Source: the human T2T-CHM13v2.0 reference genome, Homo sapiens. Taken from it: a stretch of 64,000 nucleotides of DNA. Both the position numbers and the translations under genes were made by a program. The stretch lies in assembly GCF_009914755.1 (NCBI RefSeq), contig NC_060930.1. The stretch is one strand, 5' to 3'. Of this stretch, positions 10,786 to 26,284 are shown piece by piece. The notes under the pieces were generated by a model, which was given only the letters and a program-made list of their open reading frames with translations, made no database searches and was not told the DNA's origin. Each line of letters opens with the position of its first letter. Position 1 is the first letter of the stretch.

Positions 10786-12347
10786 GTAAGAGGGAAGGAA
10801 GAAAAATTAGGTAAGAGGTTCACAAGAACAACTAGCCCCAGTCAGTGATGCCAGCAGCCTGTTCCTCCAGCCCTTCTTACCCGGGCAGGTGAAAGACTTA
10901 GAAAACAGTAGCAGAGGAGATCTATGCATCCTATAGATTAAAAGGAGCAAAAGAATCCCTCTTAAATATTTCCATGAAGCTCTGGAATGCAAACCGATGT
11001 CCTCTGTACCTTTAGCACATACCATTTCATCTACAGGTAGATTTCCCAACCAAAATATATCCAGAGATGCCTTTGTCATTGGGTTATATACAGCCTTTGC
11101 CTCTCTGAGTCAATGTATTTACCACTTTCCCTGAGAAATCGAAAATCATTTTGGGGAGCGGACATTTAGAAAAAGAATCAAAGTGTCATGGATAATCAAA
11201 TTCTTCAATAAGTTGCAGTTATTCAGATGGCCAAAGGAAAAATAAAGTCATTAGATAGGGTTGGTAGAATTTAGAACATGCTGTTTTTCAGGTTTATGGT
11301 CTTTTTTTTTTTTTTTTTTTTTTTTTAAATAGGGAAATGTGTTTGGTGCAGAGCCAATGTCATTCCAAAAAGCTCTCTCTTTTCCTGGTCAGTCATGTGC
11401 TGGGACAGAGAAGGGATCTGGATTAGGCAACATCATAGAGTTGCTCTGAGCTGCTCTTTGGTGATAACCCTTCCAAATCCTAAACTTTTTGGAATTCACA
11501 AGCTCAAAGGAGGAAACCTACTCTCTGATCTACCACATGTTCTGCATTTTTCTATCATGGTCTATGGAAACTTCTCTTAGAAATCCAGTGGCAAGAAGTT
11601 CTATGATTAAAGTGTTCTGAGCTCAGGCCAGGCAGTCATGAACTACTTCTGAGTTGTTTACTACTGATTTGTGGGGCAGCCTCAGCTATCGGTTTCTTCA
11701 CACCTGCTTATGAGAGTATCCATATTTATGGTCGCAGGCCAGTAATGCTCCCCACGAGATCAGTTTCTGAACTAACCTGGAATTTTTTATGGGTTTTTAT
11801 TATGCCAACTATTAAATCAACATTACAGTTCTTCCCTCTGTATTTCTCCTGTAAAACATTAGGCCTGCAAAAAAAAAAAATCTTTTTAAAAATAATTGCC
11901 ATAAAGTATTTGCTCTGGGCCTACTGTATGCTTCTTTTCTTTTTCTCTCTTTTCAACTAAGTCACCGTCAATTTATTAAGATGGCCATAACTATTCAAAA
12001 CCTATGCTGAGTTCCTCAAGGCAGGGTCGCATAGTGATGAAGGTTGGGATGGGGCTACGGAAGAAACCAGAACAACTCTAGTTTATTTAAAACCTGTATT
12101 TACTGCCCACTTCCCCTTAGACTTGACCATATGACCCCTTGCTCCCATTCTAAGCATAGGGGCAGGCTTTATTTTTACAATGGTAATAGATATCACTTGA
12201 GGTTTTATCAAAGAGTTGCGGCGGGTGGTGAAAGTTCACAACCAGATTCAGGTTTTGTTTGTGCCAGATTCTAATTTTACATGTTTCTTTTGCCAAAGGG
12301 TGATTTTTTTAAAATAACATTTGTTTTCTCTTATCTTGCTTTATTAG

Positions 12348-12453
12348 GTCGGAGACCATGAGAAACAGCGTCAAATCATCTTTTCATGATCCCAAGCTGA
12401 AAGGCAAGCCCTCCAGAGAGCGTTATGTGACCCACAACCGAGCACATTGGTGA
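12348..12453 (+). CDS. EDN1: EDN1 exon 5 coding part (SETMRNSVKSSFHDPKLKGKPSRERYVTHNRAHW*)
   Basis: Acceptor ttattag|G, TGA at 12451-12453. Total CDS 64+169+156+144+106=639 nt. Confidence 0.98.
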
Positions 12454-13580
12454 CAGACCTTCGGGGCCTGTCTGAAGCCATAGCCTCCACGGAGAGCCCT
12501 GTGGCCGACTCTGCACTCTCCACCCTGGCTGGGATCAGAGCAGGAGCATCCTCTGCTGGTTCCTGACTGGCAAAGGACCAGCGTCCTCGTTCAAAACATT
12601 CCAAGAAAGGTTAAGGAGTTCCCCCAACCATCTTCACTGGCTTCCATCAGTGGTAACTGCTTTGGTCTCTTCTTTCATCTGGGGATGACAATGGACCTCT
12701 CAGCAGAAACACACAGTCACATTCGAATTCGGGTGGCATCCTCCGGAGAGAGAGAGAGGAAGGAGATTCCACACAGGGGTGGAGTTTCTGACGAAGGTCC
12801 TAAGGGAGTGTTTGTGTCTGACTCAGGCGCCTGGCACATTTCAGGGAGAAACTCCAAAGTCCACACAAAGATTTTCTAAGGAATGCACAAATTGAAAACA
12901 CACTCAAAAGACAAACATGCAAGTAAAGAAAAAAAAAAGAAAGACTTTTGTTTAAATTTGTAAAATGCAAAACTGAATGAAACTGTTACTACCATAAATC
13001 AGGATATGTTTCATGAATATGAGTCTACCTCACCTATATTGCACTCTGGCAGAAGTATTTCCCACATTTAATTATTGCCTCCCCAAACTCTTCCCACCCC
13101 TGCTGCCCCTTCCTCCATCCCCCATACTAAATCCTAGCCTCGTAGAAGTCTGGTCTAATGTGTCAGCAGTAGATATAATATTTTCATGGTAATCTACTAG
13201 CTCTGATCCATAAGAAAAAAAAGATCATTAAATCAGGAGATTCCCTGTCCTTGATTTTTGGAGACACAATGGTATAGGGTTGTTTATGAAATATATTGAA
13301 AAGTAAGTGTTTGTTACGCTTTAAAGCAGTAAAATTATTTTCCTTTATATAACCGGCTAATGAAAGAGGTTGGATTGAATTTTGATGTACTTATTTTTTT
13401 ATAGATATTTATATTCAAACAATTTATTCCTTATATTTACCATGTTAAATATCTGTTTGGGCAGGCCATATTGGTCTATGTATTTTTAAAATATGTATTT
13501 CTAAATGAAATTGAGAACATGCTTTGTTTTGCCTGTCAAGGTAATGACTTTAGAAAATAAATATTTTTTTCCTTACTGTA
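12454..13580 (+). promoter_or_regulatory. EDN1: EDN1 3'UTR with AU-rich element and miRNA seed matches
   Basis: ATTTA at 13407, 13422 and 13435 (also 13066). ACATTCCA (miR-1/206 8mer) 12596-12603; TCAGGGA (miR-125) 12841-12847; CTACCTCA (let-7/miR-98 8mer) 13025-13032; TTGCACT (miR-130/301) 13039-13045. Confidence 0.9.
13556..13561 (+). terminator. polyadenylation signal AATAAA
   Basis: First AATAAA after the ARE, followed by a T-rich tract. A second AATAAA lies at 13646-13651. Confidence 0.85.
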
Positions 13581-15905
13581 CTGATTTGGAATCATTACTG
13601 AAATTTGTAAGGAGTGGGCCAACGTGATTAAGTACCATAAAGGCAAATAAATGGTTAAAGACGGTTTCATAGAAAAGTGACAATTAGAAGGATATTACGG
13701 TCTAAGCTAATTATATAAAGAATTTTATCTGTATCTTAAATGTTGATTTTATACTGCATTGAGGTAAAAACACAAAACAAAAAAGCAGCTTTAACACCTC
13801 TGTCTTCTCTTGGGTAGCAGCCTCCTGCTTCTCCTTCACCTGAAAAATTCTCCAGGGACTTCATCCATTAACTTGGCTCAGGCTATTAGGCAGGATTCAA
13901 CAGTTTAAGCTGATGGTGTGGTGAGAGATGCTTTATCCATATTAATGGACTGAAGGAAGTAATGGCAAGACAACCCCCCAAAACATACCTAATTATACAA
14001 AGTTATATACCAAAGTTGCTTTTAGAAAATGGCCTGCTCAGAGCAAGTAGAGGTTTCCAATGGCTTTTTATTTTCTCACATTAAGGATGTTGTTTCTTAA
14101 GGAACATTGAGTACCATTGCTTCTTCGTGATAGCCTAGGACTGGCCGTGTGCCCATGGAGGTAGAGACACCAGGTACTGATTCTAGGTCCTCTGCCACAA
14201 AGCACCACTTCCTCTCCACTTTGCCTTGGCTGGCCTTGTCAGCTCACTGGAGAGCACAGTATTGCAATTGCAGTATTGCAAATGGTCACTACTAACTGAA
14301 TTCTCTAAGAGCTTGATTAGCCCTCGAGAATCTTCCTTGCCCTTCTCTAATAGTGTCTGAAGGAATTCCTGGCATTTAACAAATATTAGCATGTAGTGAT
14401 CACTGTCGTCCTAACAGTGACACATCAGAAGGATTTCAAATAACAGTCTTCAGGCATGCGTAATCAATGTCCTGTGCAGAGTCTCCGTCCTCATTGATCC
14501 TCATTTTTCTCTTTAAGGCACAGTCCAATGTCTTTGGGGAATTGTTTATAAAGCTTACTTTATCCATAAACTGTTTCTCAGTGCGTGACTCTGAAGAAAA
14601 TTTTGAAGTTTTGCCCATGTTGACAAGGTGCTTGGTCTGAACTTGGCCAGTATTTAATCTTGAGCAAACGATTCAATTTCCTTCTATCGTGAGTTTTCTC
14701 ATCTATGAAACAAGGGAGTTGAGGGGAGTTTCTTTCATACCTCTGAGAAAGAGTTTGAGATTACATAAAGAAGTTGAAGTGGCATGAAAAAAAATAAAGA
14801 TCTGAGCTTAGAAGACATGGATCTAATACATTTAAGAGGAAGTCAGAATCAGAGAAGCCACTGAACAAAACAGTCCAAAGGACAGCATAGTAAGTCAGAT
14901 TGATGAGTTTTGGTTGGGTTTTTCATCAGTCAAACCCTTGAGCCCCCCTTTCCCATGCTTCCTGCTTCAGTATCCAGTAGGAAAAATGAAAGGGATGATG
15001 TAGACACTCTAGGGCATGAGGATTTGCAGTAAATAAGTTGGGAGACTCACAGAAAATTAATATTTTTCAAACATGAAGACGAAACATTCAATTATATTAC
15101 AGTCCACATCAGCTTGAAGGGTAAACTGATGGGATGATCTGTCACATTTCTTGCTCTGTTTCCAGTAAAAGCATGGTTTCTGGAAACCCACTTAGGACAG
15201 CTTTCTCTCTTTACACTGATAGCCCAGGCAAGCTTTGATCTCAGAACTCCAGAAACCAGAGAACTCTAGGTGGAATGTGGTAACTTTTGCCAGGGCAGAG
15301 GGAACACCTACTAATAGGTACTTCATTTGCACCACCAGAGATTGGCATCTTTTTTGATGGATCCACTGGCTTTGATACTGCCTGTACTCCCCCAAAACAC
15401 AGCTTGGGTATTGGACTAATCTAGAGCTCCCTCAGGAGAACTCTTGCTGACATTAAGAAAGAGCAACATTTTGTCTTTCCAGGTGAAAATCCAAGGCCCA
15501 AAAAGGGAGGTGACTCACCTAAGATCACAGAAGGAGCTGTAGCATCTCTGGAGCCTGAACACTTAAGTTAAGCACGACTATTTCAGCCAGAGGGCCCCTG
15601 GAGGTCTGCAGAAACAGATGCCCAGGCAAACCTTGCTAGAAGGCTCTGGGTACTAAAGCCAAAATCAGTCTTTCTGAAAGCTTTGCCTCCCAGCCTTGTA
15701 GACAGTGCTAGCAGACCCATCCCCTCAAGAGGAAAGAGAAGAAATGCAGGGGAAGAAAAAAGGACTATAAGGAGGCTATCTCATGGCATCGTTAAGTAAA
15801 TGTCTATAGGATAAAATAGAATATAACCAAGAATTTTTAATTATTATTTTTAGACTTTACTCACCAAAGAATCTATCTGAGTGAAGGGGGAAATCTCTCG
15901 GTCAG

Positions 15906-16219
<314 letters not shown>

Positions 16220-17875
16220 CGGTCAGTTCTCTTTTACTCTACAATGCAAGGCAGTGGTCTGCTTTTTTTTTTCCCCCTCTCTGTTTCTAAGGTCTTGAAA
16301 ATGCCTGTTTTCACATTTAAGTTCTCAATGTGTAAAACACTGCTTTCAAGCTTATGTTCTTAATAGAGTCCCTTCTGCATTGGCTTTATCTCACCTTTAT
16401 ACTCACAGTTCCTGGGGACTTTGGGTCTGGAGCTCAGAATTTATCTACTGCAAGTGAATGTTACACATTTCACAGTAACCTCTCATCTTTGTAGATAATT
16501 TGGTTTCCTGTAGCTTTTCACATCCTTTCTCTCATTCGACCCCTACCCTCACACAACAATCCTTTCGGGAAGCTGGAACCATATCATGTATCCATCAGCC
16601 AACCAAGGAAAGAGACATATCGAGAGGGTGAGTGACTCATCCAGAGTCCAACATCAGGCAAATAGCAAGACCAGAACCCGGGACCCCTGACCCTTTCTTC
16701 TTAAACTCCTCCAGAGCCAAGGGGATACACTGGACCTGCAACTTGGACTAACGTAGATTATTTCCAGCTTGTGAGTGAACTGTGAGTGGAATGAACTTGT
16801 TCTTATTCTCTTAGGAAGATCAAAGCTCCGTATGTACCCTGAGCCCTAGTTTTGAACGTCTCTGTCGTATGATTATTTGTTTACTGCATCATTCTTGTTA
16901 TGACAATGCATGGTTGGCAGAAAACTTGCTGGCATTTACAAAGCTTGCCTCAAATCTGGTGCCATGAAGCCATGACAACTTCATTGACAACTACTGGCCA
17001 CAGAGCCAATACATCGGAGGAAATAGAGTGATGAATGTGATGGCAGCGGCCATCAAATTTCCTCAAATCTTGGGCAGTAATCAGAGAGAGAGCTAGGGCT
17101 GGTGCCACTAGGTAGTAAAAAGAGAAGGGCTTCGGCCTTGGAGACAATGAATGATGGAAATGTTGGGTCCCAGGGATGACAGGCTGCCCGTAGCTCAGAA
17201 AGGCAGCACATCGGGAGTCCGGCATGCAGTTTTGCCCGTTTAGAGTTTTCTGGGTTTCTGCATCCTATTGTTATTTTTCACATTCCGAGTCATTCCAGTC
17301 CCCTTCTGTGTAAGTTGCTGTGGAAGTATCCAGGGCTAATAATCACAATATTAAGCGGCCATTGACATGGCATGGGCACTGACCAATTAGAAAAAGCTGG
17401 GACAGAGCTGTTGGGCAGGCTCCTGATAGACTCTGGCTGGGCTAGGTCTTCAACCTCCTGATGTTGGCCTGTAGGGGACCTTGTGATCTGGGACAGGGGT
17501 GGGCAGCCAGGGTGGAATTTCCAAGCTTCTTGTTGCTAGGGCTATTTACTAACCAGGATGAAATCATTTCACTGTTTTACAGACTAGAATAGTCTCACTG
17601 GTATGTGCTCCTGTGTACGTCAGATTTAAAAGTATCGAAACCATTCTCTGCTTGATAAATTATTCTCTTTACAGCTTCACTGAGTGAGATGACATTATCT
17701 TCATGCCTGCGGAGGTTTGGCACCAAATCTTTCTGCTCATGCACCTTTGGTGTCCTGCTGCACAGTCATCTCTGGGCAATGCCCCTCTCTCTGCATGTTC
17801 CCCTCCCTCGTGCTCTGGTGCCCTATGGGAGAAGTAAAAAGACCTTAAGGGTCTCCTTGTCTCCTTGGAGATTTT

Positions 17876-18516
17876 ACTTTAAATTTTTTTTTTATTTTAT
17901 GTGTTTTCTATTTCAATAGCTTTAAGTGGTACAAGTGGTTTTTAGTTACATGGATGAATTGTGTAGTGGTGAAGTCTAGGATTTTAGTGCATCCCTTACT
18001 CAAGTAGCGTGCACTGTACCCAGTAGGTAGTTTTTCAGCCCTCAACCCCTCCTATCCTCCCCAACTTCTGGGTCTCCAATGTCCATTATACCATTCTGTA
18101 TGCCTTTGTGTACCCATAGCTTAGCTCCTACTTATAAGCGGGAACATGTTGCATTTGATTTTCAATTGCTGAGTTACTTCACTAAGAATAATGACCTCCA
18201 GTTCCAACCAAGTTGCTGCAAAAGACATCATTTAGCTCTTTTTTATGGCTGAAGAGTATTCCATGGTATATATATATTACATTTTCTTGGCCTTCTCATC
18301 AGTTGATGAGCACTTAGGTTGATTCCATACCTTTGCAATTGTGAATTGTGCTGTGATAAACATACTCACGCAGGTGTGTTTTTGATGCATTGACTTCTTT
18401 TCCTTTATGTAAATTCCAAGTAGTGGGATTGGCGGATAGAATGGTAGATCTACTTTTTAGTTCTTTGAGAACTCTCCATACTGTTTTCCACAGAGGGTGT
18501 ATGAATTTACATCCTT
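17876..18516 (-). mobile_element. 5'-truncated L1 (L1PB-like 3' end)
   Basis: Antisense L1 3'UTR motifs (ggtacaagtggtttttagttacatggatga; tattccatggtatatatat). TSD cttggagatttt at 17864-17875 and 18517-18528. Confidence 0.88.
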
Positions 18517-19490
18517 CTTGGAGATTTTTAGCAGGGCAATTTTGTGGTTGCCAAAGTCAAGATCTGCCTTAGACCAGGTCTTCCTAGGGCCCTAGCTCTG
18601 CAATAGGAAGGAGCAAGAGGGACGAGCTGCCTGTAAGATTAAATCTTGCCCTCTTAGATTAATTTGGGACTAGGAAAGGGTGGCCCCATAATTTACTATT
18701 TAAACTGGGACATATTTGACAGCACTTAGTGACATTCTTAACAATTCTCACGGAGCTACACATTGGACTGTTGTGGACAAACTTGGACATATGGTCATCT
18801 TAGATCAAAATAAGCCTTGAATCAGTTCAGAATTTCAGAACCGCCTTTGCTTCTTGGATGTGCTTGGCACTGTGTAAGCACACGCAATGTCTGTATGCCT
18901 TTACCTGCAGACCAGGCTGCAGCAGAGCACCTCCCCCTTTTCTGGTGCCTACAGCCTCAAGTTCAGAGCTTAGGGCATAATATATCATTCAATAAATGCT
19001 TATTCAATGGATGAATAAATACAGAGGTGAGTTCCACTGTTCAGTAAGAGCGGGGTGAAAGTGATACTCTTCTAGCCAGAATGCGACTAGACAACAGAAG
19101 ATTTATAAGACCCATTTCCAGGGCTCTCTTTGCAGAGCTGCCATAGCTGAAATCTTCTTTTATTGAGGCTCCACGCTAGTGGTAAATTATTTGACACAAT
19201 GGGGTATTCTTTCTACTTCTTTCTACTCCAACCCATCCTGCATTTCACCATAATCATAATAACAATAATCTTCTCCAAATGCTTTAATTATAATTTCAAT
19301 AAATACAGAGCTAGAAGGAAATTAAAAATAATTTTGGCTATTACCCTCATCTCAAAAACCTTCCACTGCCACTCTGCCTATACAATAAAAATATGCTATC
19401 TACTGAGACAGGCACCAGACTAGGAAGAAAGGTTGGGAAATGTTACAATTTCAGTATTGAGCATATTAAGTTTTAAATTTTTCATCATAG

Positions 19491-20248
<758 letters not shown>

Positions 20249-21650
20249 GTGGTTATCTTCAAATATATCCAACAGTTGAGAGAATAGTATAACTCTAAAG
20301 CCAATATACCTAGCATATAGTTTATATAGTTGTTGAGATATGCTGGGTGTTGCTTTATCTCTACCTGCATCCTGCCCTCCTTCCTTGAATTACTTTGAAG
20401 CCAATCCCAGCTATCATTATCATCTTACCTATAAATATTTCAGTGTAGTTGTAATAAACTTGATATGCTTTGCTCGATCAGGTAAAATGTGAAATAGTCA
20501 ACTAGATATGTGGACCTAGAGCTTACAGTGGATGAAGAACTCACAATAACAAACGCCTCACGGAACTCACAATAACGAAAGAGACAATGCATGTTGATAG
20601 CTTGTGTTTATGTGGTGCTTACTAATATCCCAGACAGTCTTTTGAGAACTTTGCATGCATCAGCTCATTTTATTCTTACTAAAACACTATGAGGTATTTA
20701 TCCTATGTTGCAGATGAGGAAACTTGAAGACAGAAATTCAGTAGTAACTTATGCAAGGTCAGGCAGCTAGTGAAGAGGTAAGAACCAGGTAACCTCATTC
20801 ACTATGCTTTTTTGATTCAGAAGAATCCAAAGTGATAAAGGTTACATTATGGGATAATCAAGTCCTATGATGGTATCAAAGTGACAGTGATCAACTCTGC
20901 CTGGGGACAGGGAAGGGAAGTGGTGGTTTCAGGGAAGGTTTCATGTAAAGAAACAGTGAAAAATCAGCCTTGAATTCCTAAGAAGGATACCATTTGAGAA
21001 ATTTAAAGCTGAATCAAAGGCGTGAAGAAGTCTCAATAAAATGCTTTGTCGATAGATGACTTGATAAAAAGAACATAACCTAACATGCTCATGTGACTGA
21101 CTCATAAGAAAAGTAAGCAGGTATCTAGATCATTAAAAGATGATTTATCTTGCAATAATCCAATGATATTGGAAATCTTAAAGCAACACAACAACACTAG
21201 GACAGAAATCTCTAATTTTCAAGTGGCATTGATTGAACTGAAATTTTGAGGTATGACTAAAAATAGCAAGAAAGCAATTCTAACAGATTTTCACTAAATT
21301 TTCAGAAGTTAACTACATTTAACATTATAATACAATGAAATAATTCCACTGAAAATCACTGTACTTACTGAATGTAAGCTTATTTTATAGTTCAAATGCC
21401 CTATCAACCTCCTACTCTTTAATGCATGGTCACAAATGACCTCTCACCATGTCAAGAATTCCCTCTTGATGTATGGATAGGAATAACCCACCTGTCAACT
21501 TAGGTGTCTTCCTTGTGTTTGAACAATTTGCTAAGGTACCATTACCAATCGACCCTGCTCTGACATTGGTCACCGGTGTGGTTCTTTCCATATAACCTCA
21601 TCGTTTTGCCCTGATCAGCGGCCACAGGCAGGCAGTAACCGTTGGTTTGG

Positions 21651-21965
21651 TGAAAGACAAAATGCCCTAGACAATTAAGGAGATGATCTTATTCAGGCTA
21701 CTACAATAAGGAAAATGTTCATTAATGAAGACTGTCTCAAGGAAAGGAAGGAAACCTGGGGTTTCATAGAGACAGTAAACAAGGGAGCAACTGAATCTTT
21801 TGGTAGTCATGAGGATGGAGATGGTCTTTTCTTAACCATGAAGAAAGGGTGGAAAGGAAGAGGCTCGAGCAGGGTGTTTCCTTGCAGTTAGCCATTTCTC
21901 AGGACACAAAGAATGAGGAGATATTTTGAGGGACACAGGACTCAGATAAATTTCTTCATTGTCAG
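21651..21965 (-). mobile_element. ERV1 LTR (MER67/MER92-like), probable 3' LTR of an antisense provirus
   Basis: Minus strand begins TGACAATGAAGAAATTTATCTGAGTCCTGTG, ends TTTCA, and is preceded by a purine-rich AGGGAC. Confidence 0.6.
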
Positions 21966-24306
21966 TCCCTGGTTTTTTTCAAGATGAATATCATTCATCA
22001 AGGAAACACTCAATGACAATCATAAATCTCCTGAGTGGGGTGAAGTAAGGTCTCAGAAATCATTTCTCAAAGAGTCTTAGTGTTATTCGGACAAAGACAG
22101 TTGAAGCATCTGTAGAAAGATAATGTCAAGGTCAGTTGTGTTGGGATTCTGGGGACTAGGCACCGTAAAAGAGGATTGCTTAAAAAGAAAAAGAGAAATA
22201 TAAGTATAAAAGGTTTACTAAAGAGCCAGAAATTGAATAATGAGGGTAACCAGTTCAGTGGATTCCAAGAGGTCAGTGGAGGAAAATCTTTCAGTTCTGT
22301 AACACTGCTCTTTGAGTCTCTTAGAGCTACTGAATAGGACATCAGTGCTTTCAGTGGTGCTGTCCACAGGGCATGTCTGACTCTAGCATTCCACAGGCTT
22401 CTTAGTGGCCCAGGCAGTGCCTTTCCAGGGAGAAACTGGGCCCATGAATGGTCTGCTACAGTGGTGAGTCCTTTGAAGTATATATAGCAAATTTTAGCTT
22501 ATAATGCTTCTTCAGATCCTAGGGAAAAGGACCCAGATACAAGACAACCTTGAGTCCTTACAGGGATCCGGGTAGTCAGATTTTAGTTCTCGGTGACACT
22601 GAGTCAGGCAGCAGTGAGAAAAATTGAAAAAACTGTTGGAAACCAGAAAGATTGAAGATCTGAAAAGGATTGATAATTTGGGAAGTTTACAGGATCCAGT
22701 CCAACTTACAGATAGGTACAAAAACTAACAGCTAGGGAGAAAGTCAATTACAATTCCACCAGACAAGACAGTTTGCCTATTAATCATTACTCACATTAAA
22801 AAAAAACCCAAACAGCTCAAAAACAATGAACAAGGTTAGAATGAGATAACCTGGGAGACTGTGCTATCTGATGTATAGTTTTTCATTAAAATGCAAAATT
22901 TATTTGTGTAGTCACTGACTCTTGATCAAGAATAATCTCAAAGAAAGATTATTCTTGCCATTACAAGCCATCTCATTAGATCTAGAATGGTTATTCAGAT
23001 TGGTACAGCAAGAATGGTAATTTACCATATTGGCCTTTTAAGTTTGCTTTTTGGAAATTTTCATAAGGAGGCTCAGATTGGACTGTTAAAAAAAATCTCT
23101 CTAGACAGGAAGCCAAGCCAATAACTTGCTACCAGATTTCACCTGTCAAGTACCTATAAATCTGGGCAAATTTATTTTTTCTTCAAGTCCCCCAAATATC
23201 CTAGGATTCCTAGGCATGCCAGGAAAGGACCTTCTTTACCTCTTTACTCACCTAAAAGGAAGAGGATCTGTAAATCAGGTATCAGGCCTGTTTTCCCGGG
23301 AAGGCTTTGTAAGCATCATTTCCGTAAAGCCAACCTTAGCTTCTTAAAAGCATCTGGTCATATCTGATTAAATGAGCATCATTCTCAACTATGACATTCC
23401 AAGCACTGCCTTAGTTGTATAACCTGTATTTTCAATTTTGTCATGGTAACAAGAAGGACAGATTCTTATTGAACCTATGCAAATGATTATGTTGCCATGA
23501 AAATAAAAATACTCAATAAGAGTTTCCAAATTCTGGAGGAGTCAGGCAGAGAGAATCAAATACCACTATCAAATGTTTCATTTCGTAAGTGATATCTTAT
23601 TCTCTGAGTTTATAAACTGAGTTTCAGTTTATAAAAGCAAAATCTAAATTGCTATGTATTATGTATTATAGACCACTTAAGAGGAAAAAGAAAGGGCTTC
23701 CCTATATATCCAGAAAACAGAATATCAGAATGATCATATTCCAAACAAAAAGCACAAACAGTCCTCGTCAGCTCATTCAGTGCTATGTAGTTAATTTGTA
23801 TTCCACTCAGTCTTGAGTGAAGAGTCTCATGAACCCCTTTGTTTCTTGGCTAGAGTTCTAGGAATCCTAACTCAGTCCACTGGTATGTTCTCAATATTGT
23901 TTAAGTGACACCATCAGAAGCCAGTACCCAAAAGTATCTGGCAAAAGTGAAGGACAATCTGGCATCATCCTTTTCTACAGGGCTTTGAGAAGATACCACG
24001 CCGAGGACAAGCACTATGGCCTCTAGCTGATTTGCAAAGACTGAGATGCATCAGAGTAAAACAAAGACTATCTGTAGATGACAAAAGACATAAAGTGGCA
24101 CTGTGGTTAACTTCTTACTGATAATTTTCAAAAGTGAAAGATCTGGTGACAGGTCATTAGAACAATAATGCAACTGACAAGGAAATCTGGCTGTTCGTGT
24201 GGAGTACAAAACAAGATCAGGAAGTCGATCCAAAAGGTTTTAGACAAGAAGATAATTTCCCCTGTTTTCAAAGAGTGGCTATTACATTTGATTTATAAAA
24301 TTGGGT

Positions 24307-24600
24307 TGTATTAGTCCATTCTCAGGTAGTGCTATAAAGAACTACCTGAGACTGGGTAATTTATAAAGAAGTTTAATTGACTCTCCACAGGTTTAACAGA
24401 AAGCATGGCAAGGAGGACTCAGGAAACTTACAATCATGGTGGAAAGCGAATGGGAAGCAGGTACTTTCTTCACAATGGTGGCAGGAGAGAGAGAGAGCCA
24501 AGGGGGAGGTGCTTTTAAAACATCAGATCTTGTGAGAACTCACTCACTATCATGAGAATAGCAAGGGGGACGTCTGCCTCCACTGAGCCAAACTGTATCA
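24307..24600 (-). mobile_element. MaLR LTR (THE1D/MSTA-like) with internal deletion
   Basis: tgtattagtccattctca..ctataaagaactacctgagactgggtaatttataaag..aaactgtatca. 5-bp TSD tgggt/cgggt. Confidence 0.88.
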
Positions 24601-25437
24601 CGGGTAAACATTATTTTTACAGAGAAAAAAAATCTTGATAAATAACTGTAATAATCCTGACATAATATACCATGAATATATCAAGCATATAGTTAGAATA
24701 TACCACGAATATATCAACAATATATTCTGAATGAGTCTGGAGTACATCCTAAATATCTATATGTTAATAAAACTCCATAGGGAGGTGATATGTATCCCCA
24801 TTTGAAAATCACTGGCCTAGAAGATTCTAGGTTCAAATCAAAGAAGCAAAGTTGTGACCAAGTTAATATTTTTAAAAATAACTGAAATTATGACTGATAG
24901 CACTGTACTATTGTATAACATTAGGCACAGCAGAACTAGGACCGTGACAAATAGAAACATATGAAGAGTGATGGTATGGACAATTCTTTAGGGATTTCTA
25001 CAGCACACACTTTCTGAAATATTAAGAACACACATTTTAGCTAGAGAAAGCTAAGCAAATCTGATTTGCTAACTCATCAGTTGTAACATATCAAATACAC
25101 CTAATTATTTCCAGCATCTCTCTTTTTCATCTTTGTAGATAAAAGTAAAAATCTTGTTACTTTTCCAGGCCCCCTGCCCTTGAAAAATTACAGAAATAGT
25201 TTTAGGTGCAAAAGAAATCATTAAGATTGTGTTTGGGGAAGACAAACACCAAAAGTTGTTAGGCGATTTGAACACTTGGTCAGGTAAGACTATGGGTTAC
25301 TGAGAAACAATACTTGGCTACGTATTTGACTAAAACAACAGTAAAAAATTTAAAAAGTAAATATAAGAGGTAACATGATTTTAAAGAAGCTTAGCTCTTT
25401 CCTAAGAAACTCTGTTTTCTTAAATAATCAAGGACAT

Positions 25438-25804
25438 TGTTGTGGTTCGAATGTTTGTGTCCCCCCAAAAATTCATATGTTGAAAGCTAATTGCCAATGT
25501 GATGGTATTTGCAAATGGAGCCTTTGGGAGGTGATTAGGTCATGAAGGCAGACCCTCATGAATGGGATTAGTGCCCTTAGAAAAGAGGCCCAAGACAGCT
25601 TCCCTGAGCCTTCTACCATGGGAGGACACAGCGAAAAGGCACCACCTATGAGCCAGGAAGCGGCCCTCACCACCAGACATTGAATCTCCTAGTGCCTTGA
25701 TCTTGGACTTCCCAGCCTCTAGAACTGTGGGAAATAAATTTCTGTTGTTTATAAGCCACCTAGTTTATAGTATTTTGTTATAGTATCCCAAACAGACTAA
25801 GACA
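25438..25804 (+). mobile_element. MaLR LTR (MLT1A-like)
   Basis: tgttgtggttcgaatgtttgtgtcccccc...ggacttcccagcctctagaactgtgggaaataaatttctgttg...gactaagaca. Confidence 0.9.
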
Positions 25805-25981
25805 TGATAAAGTCAGCATAAACCAGGTTATTCTAGTAAGACACAGACACTTTGTTTTCTAGGCAGATTGCACAGAAGATAAAGAATAACCATTTACAAT
25901 CTTTTATCAAAAGCAAACCAATAATCCAAGAAAAAAATTCATCTAACAGAAAGAAAACAAAATTCTAGTTTTCTAAAGCTC

Positions 25982-26284
<303 letters not shown>

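Larger units (their letters stand above)
6745..13580 (+). other. EDN1: EDN1 gene span (5 exons; TSS and 3' end approximate)
   Basis: TATAAA at 6714, all four introns GT..AG, exons join in frame to 639 nt, AATAAA at 13556-13561. Confidence 0.97.

Noticed and set aside
20537-20576. Direct repeat gaactcacaataac x2 with a 12-nt spacer (superficially CRISPR-like)
   Set aside because: Only two short copies in a human locus with no cas genes. Best explained as a local microduplication.
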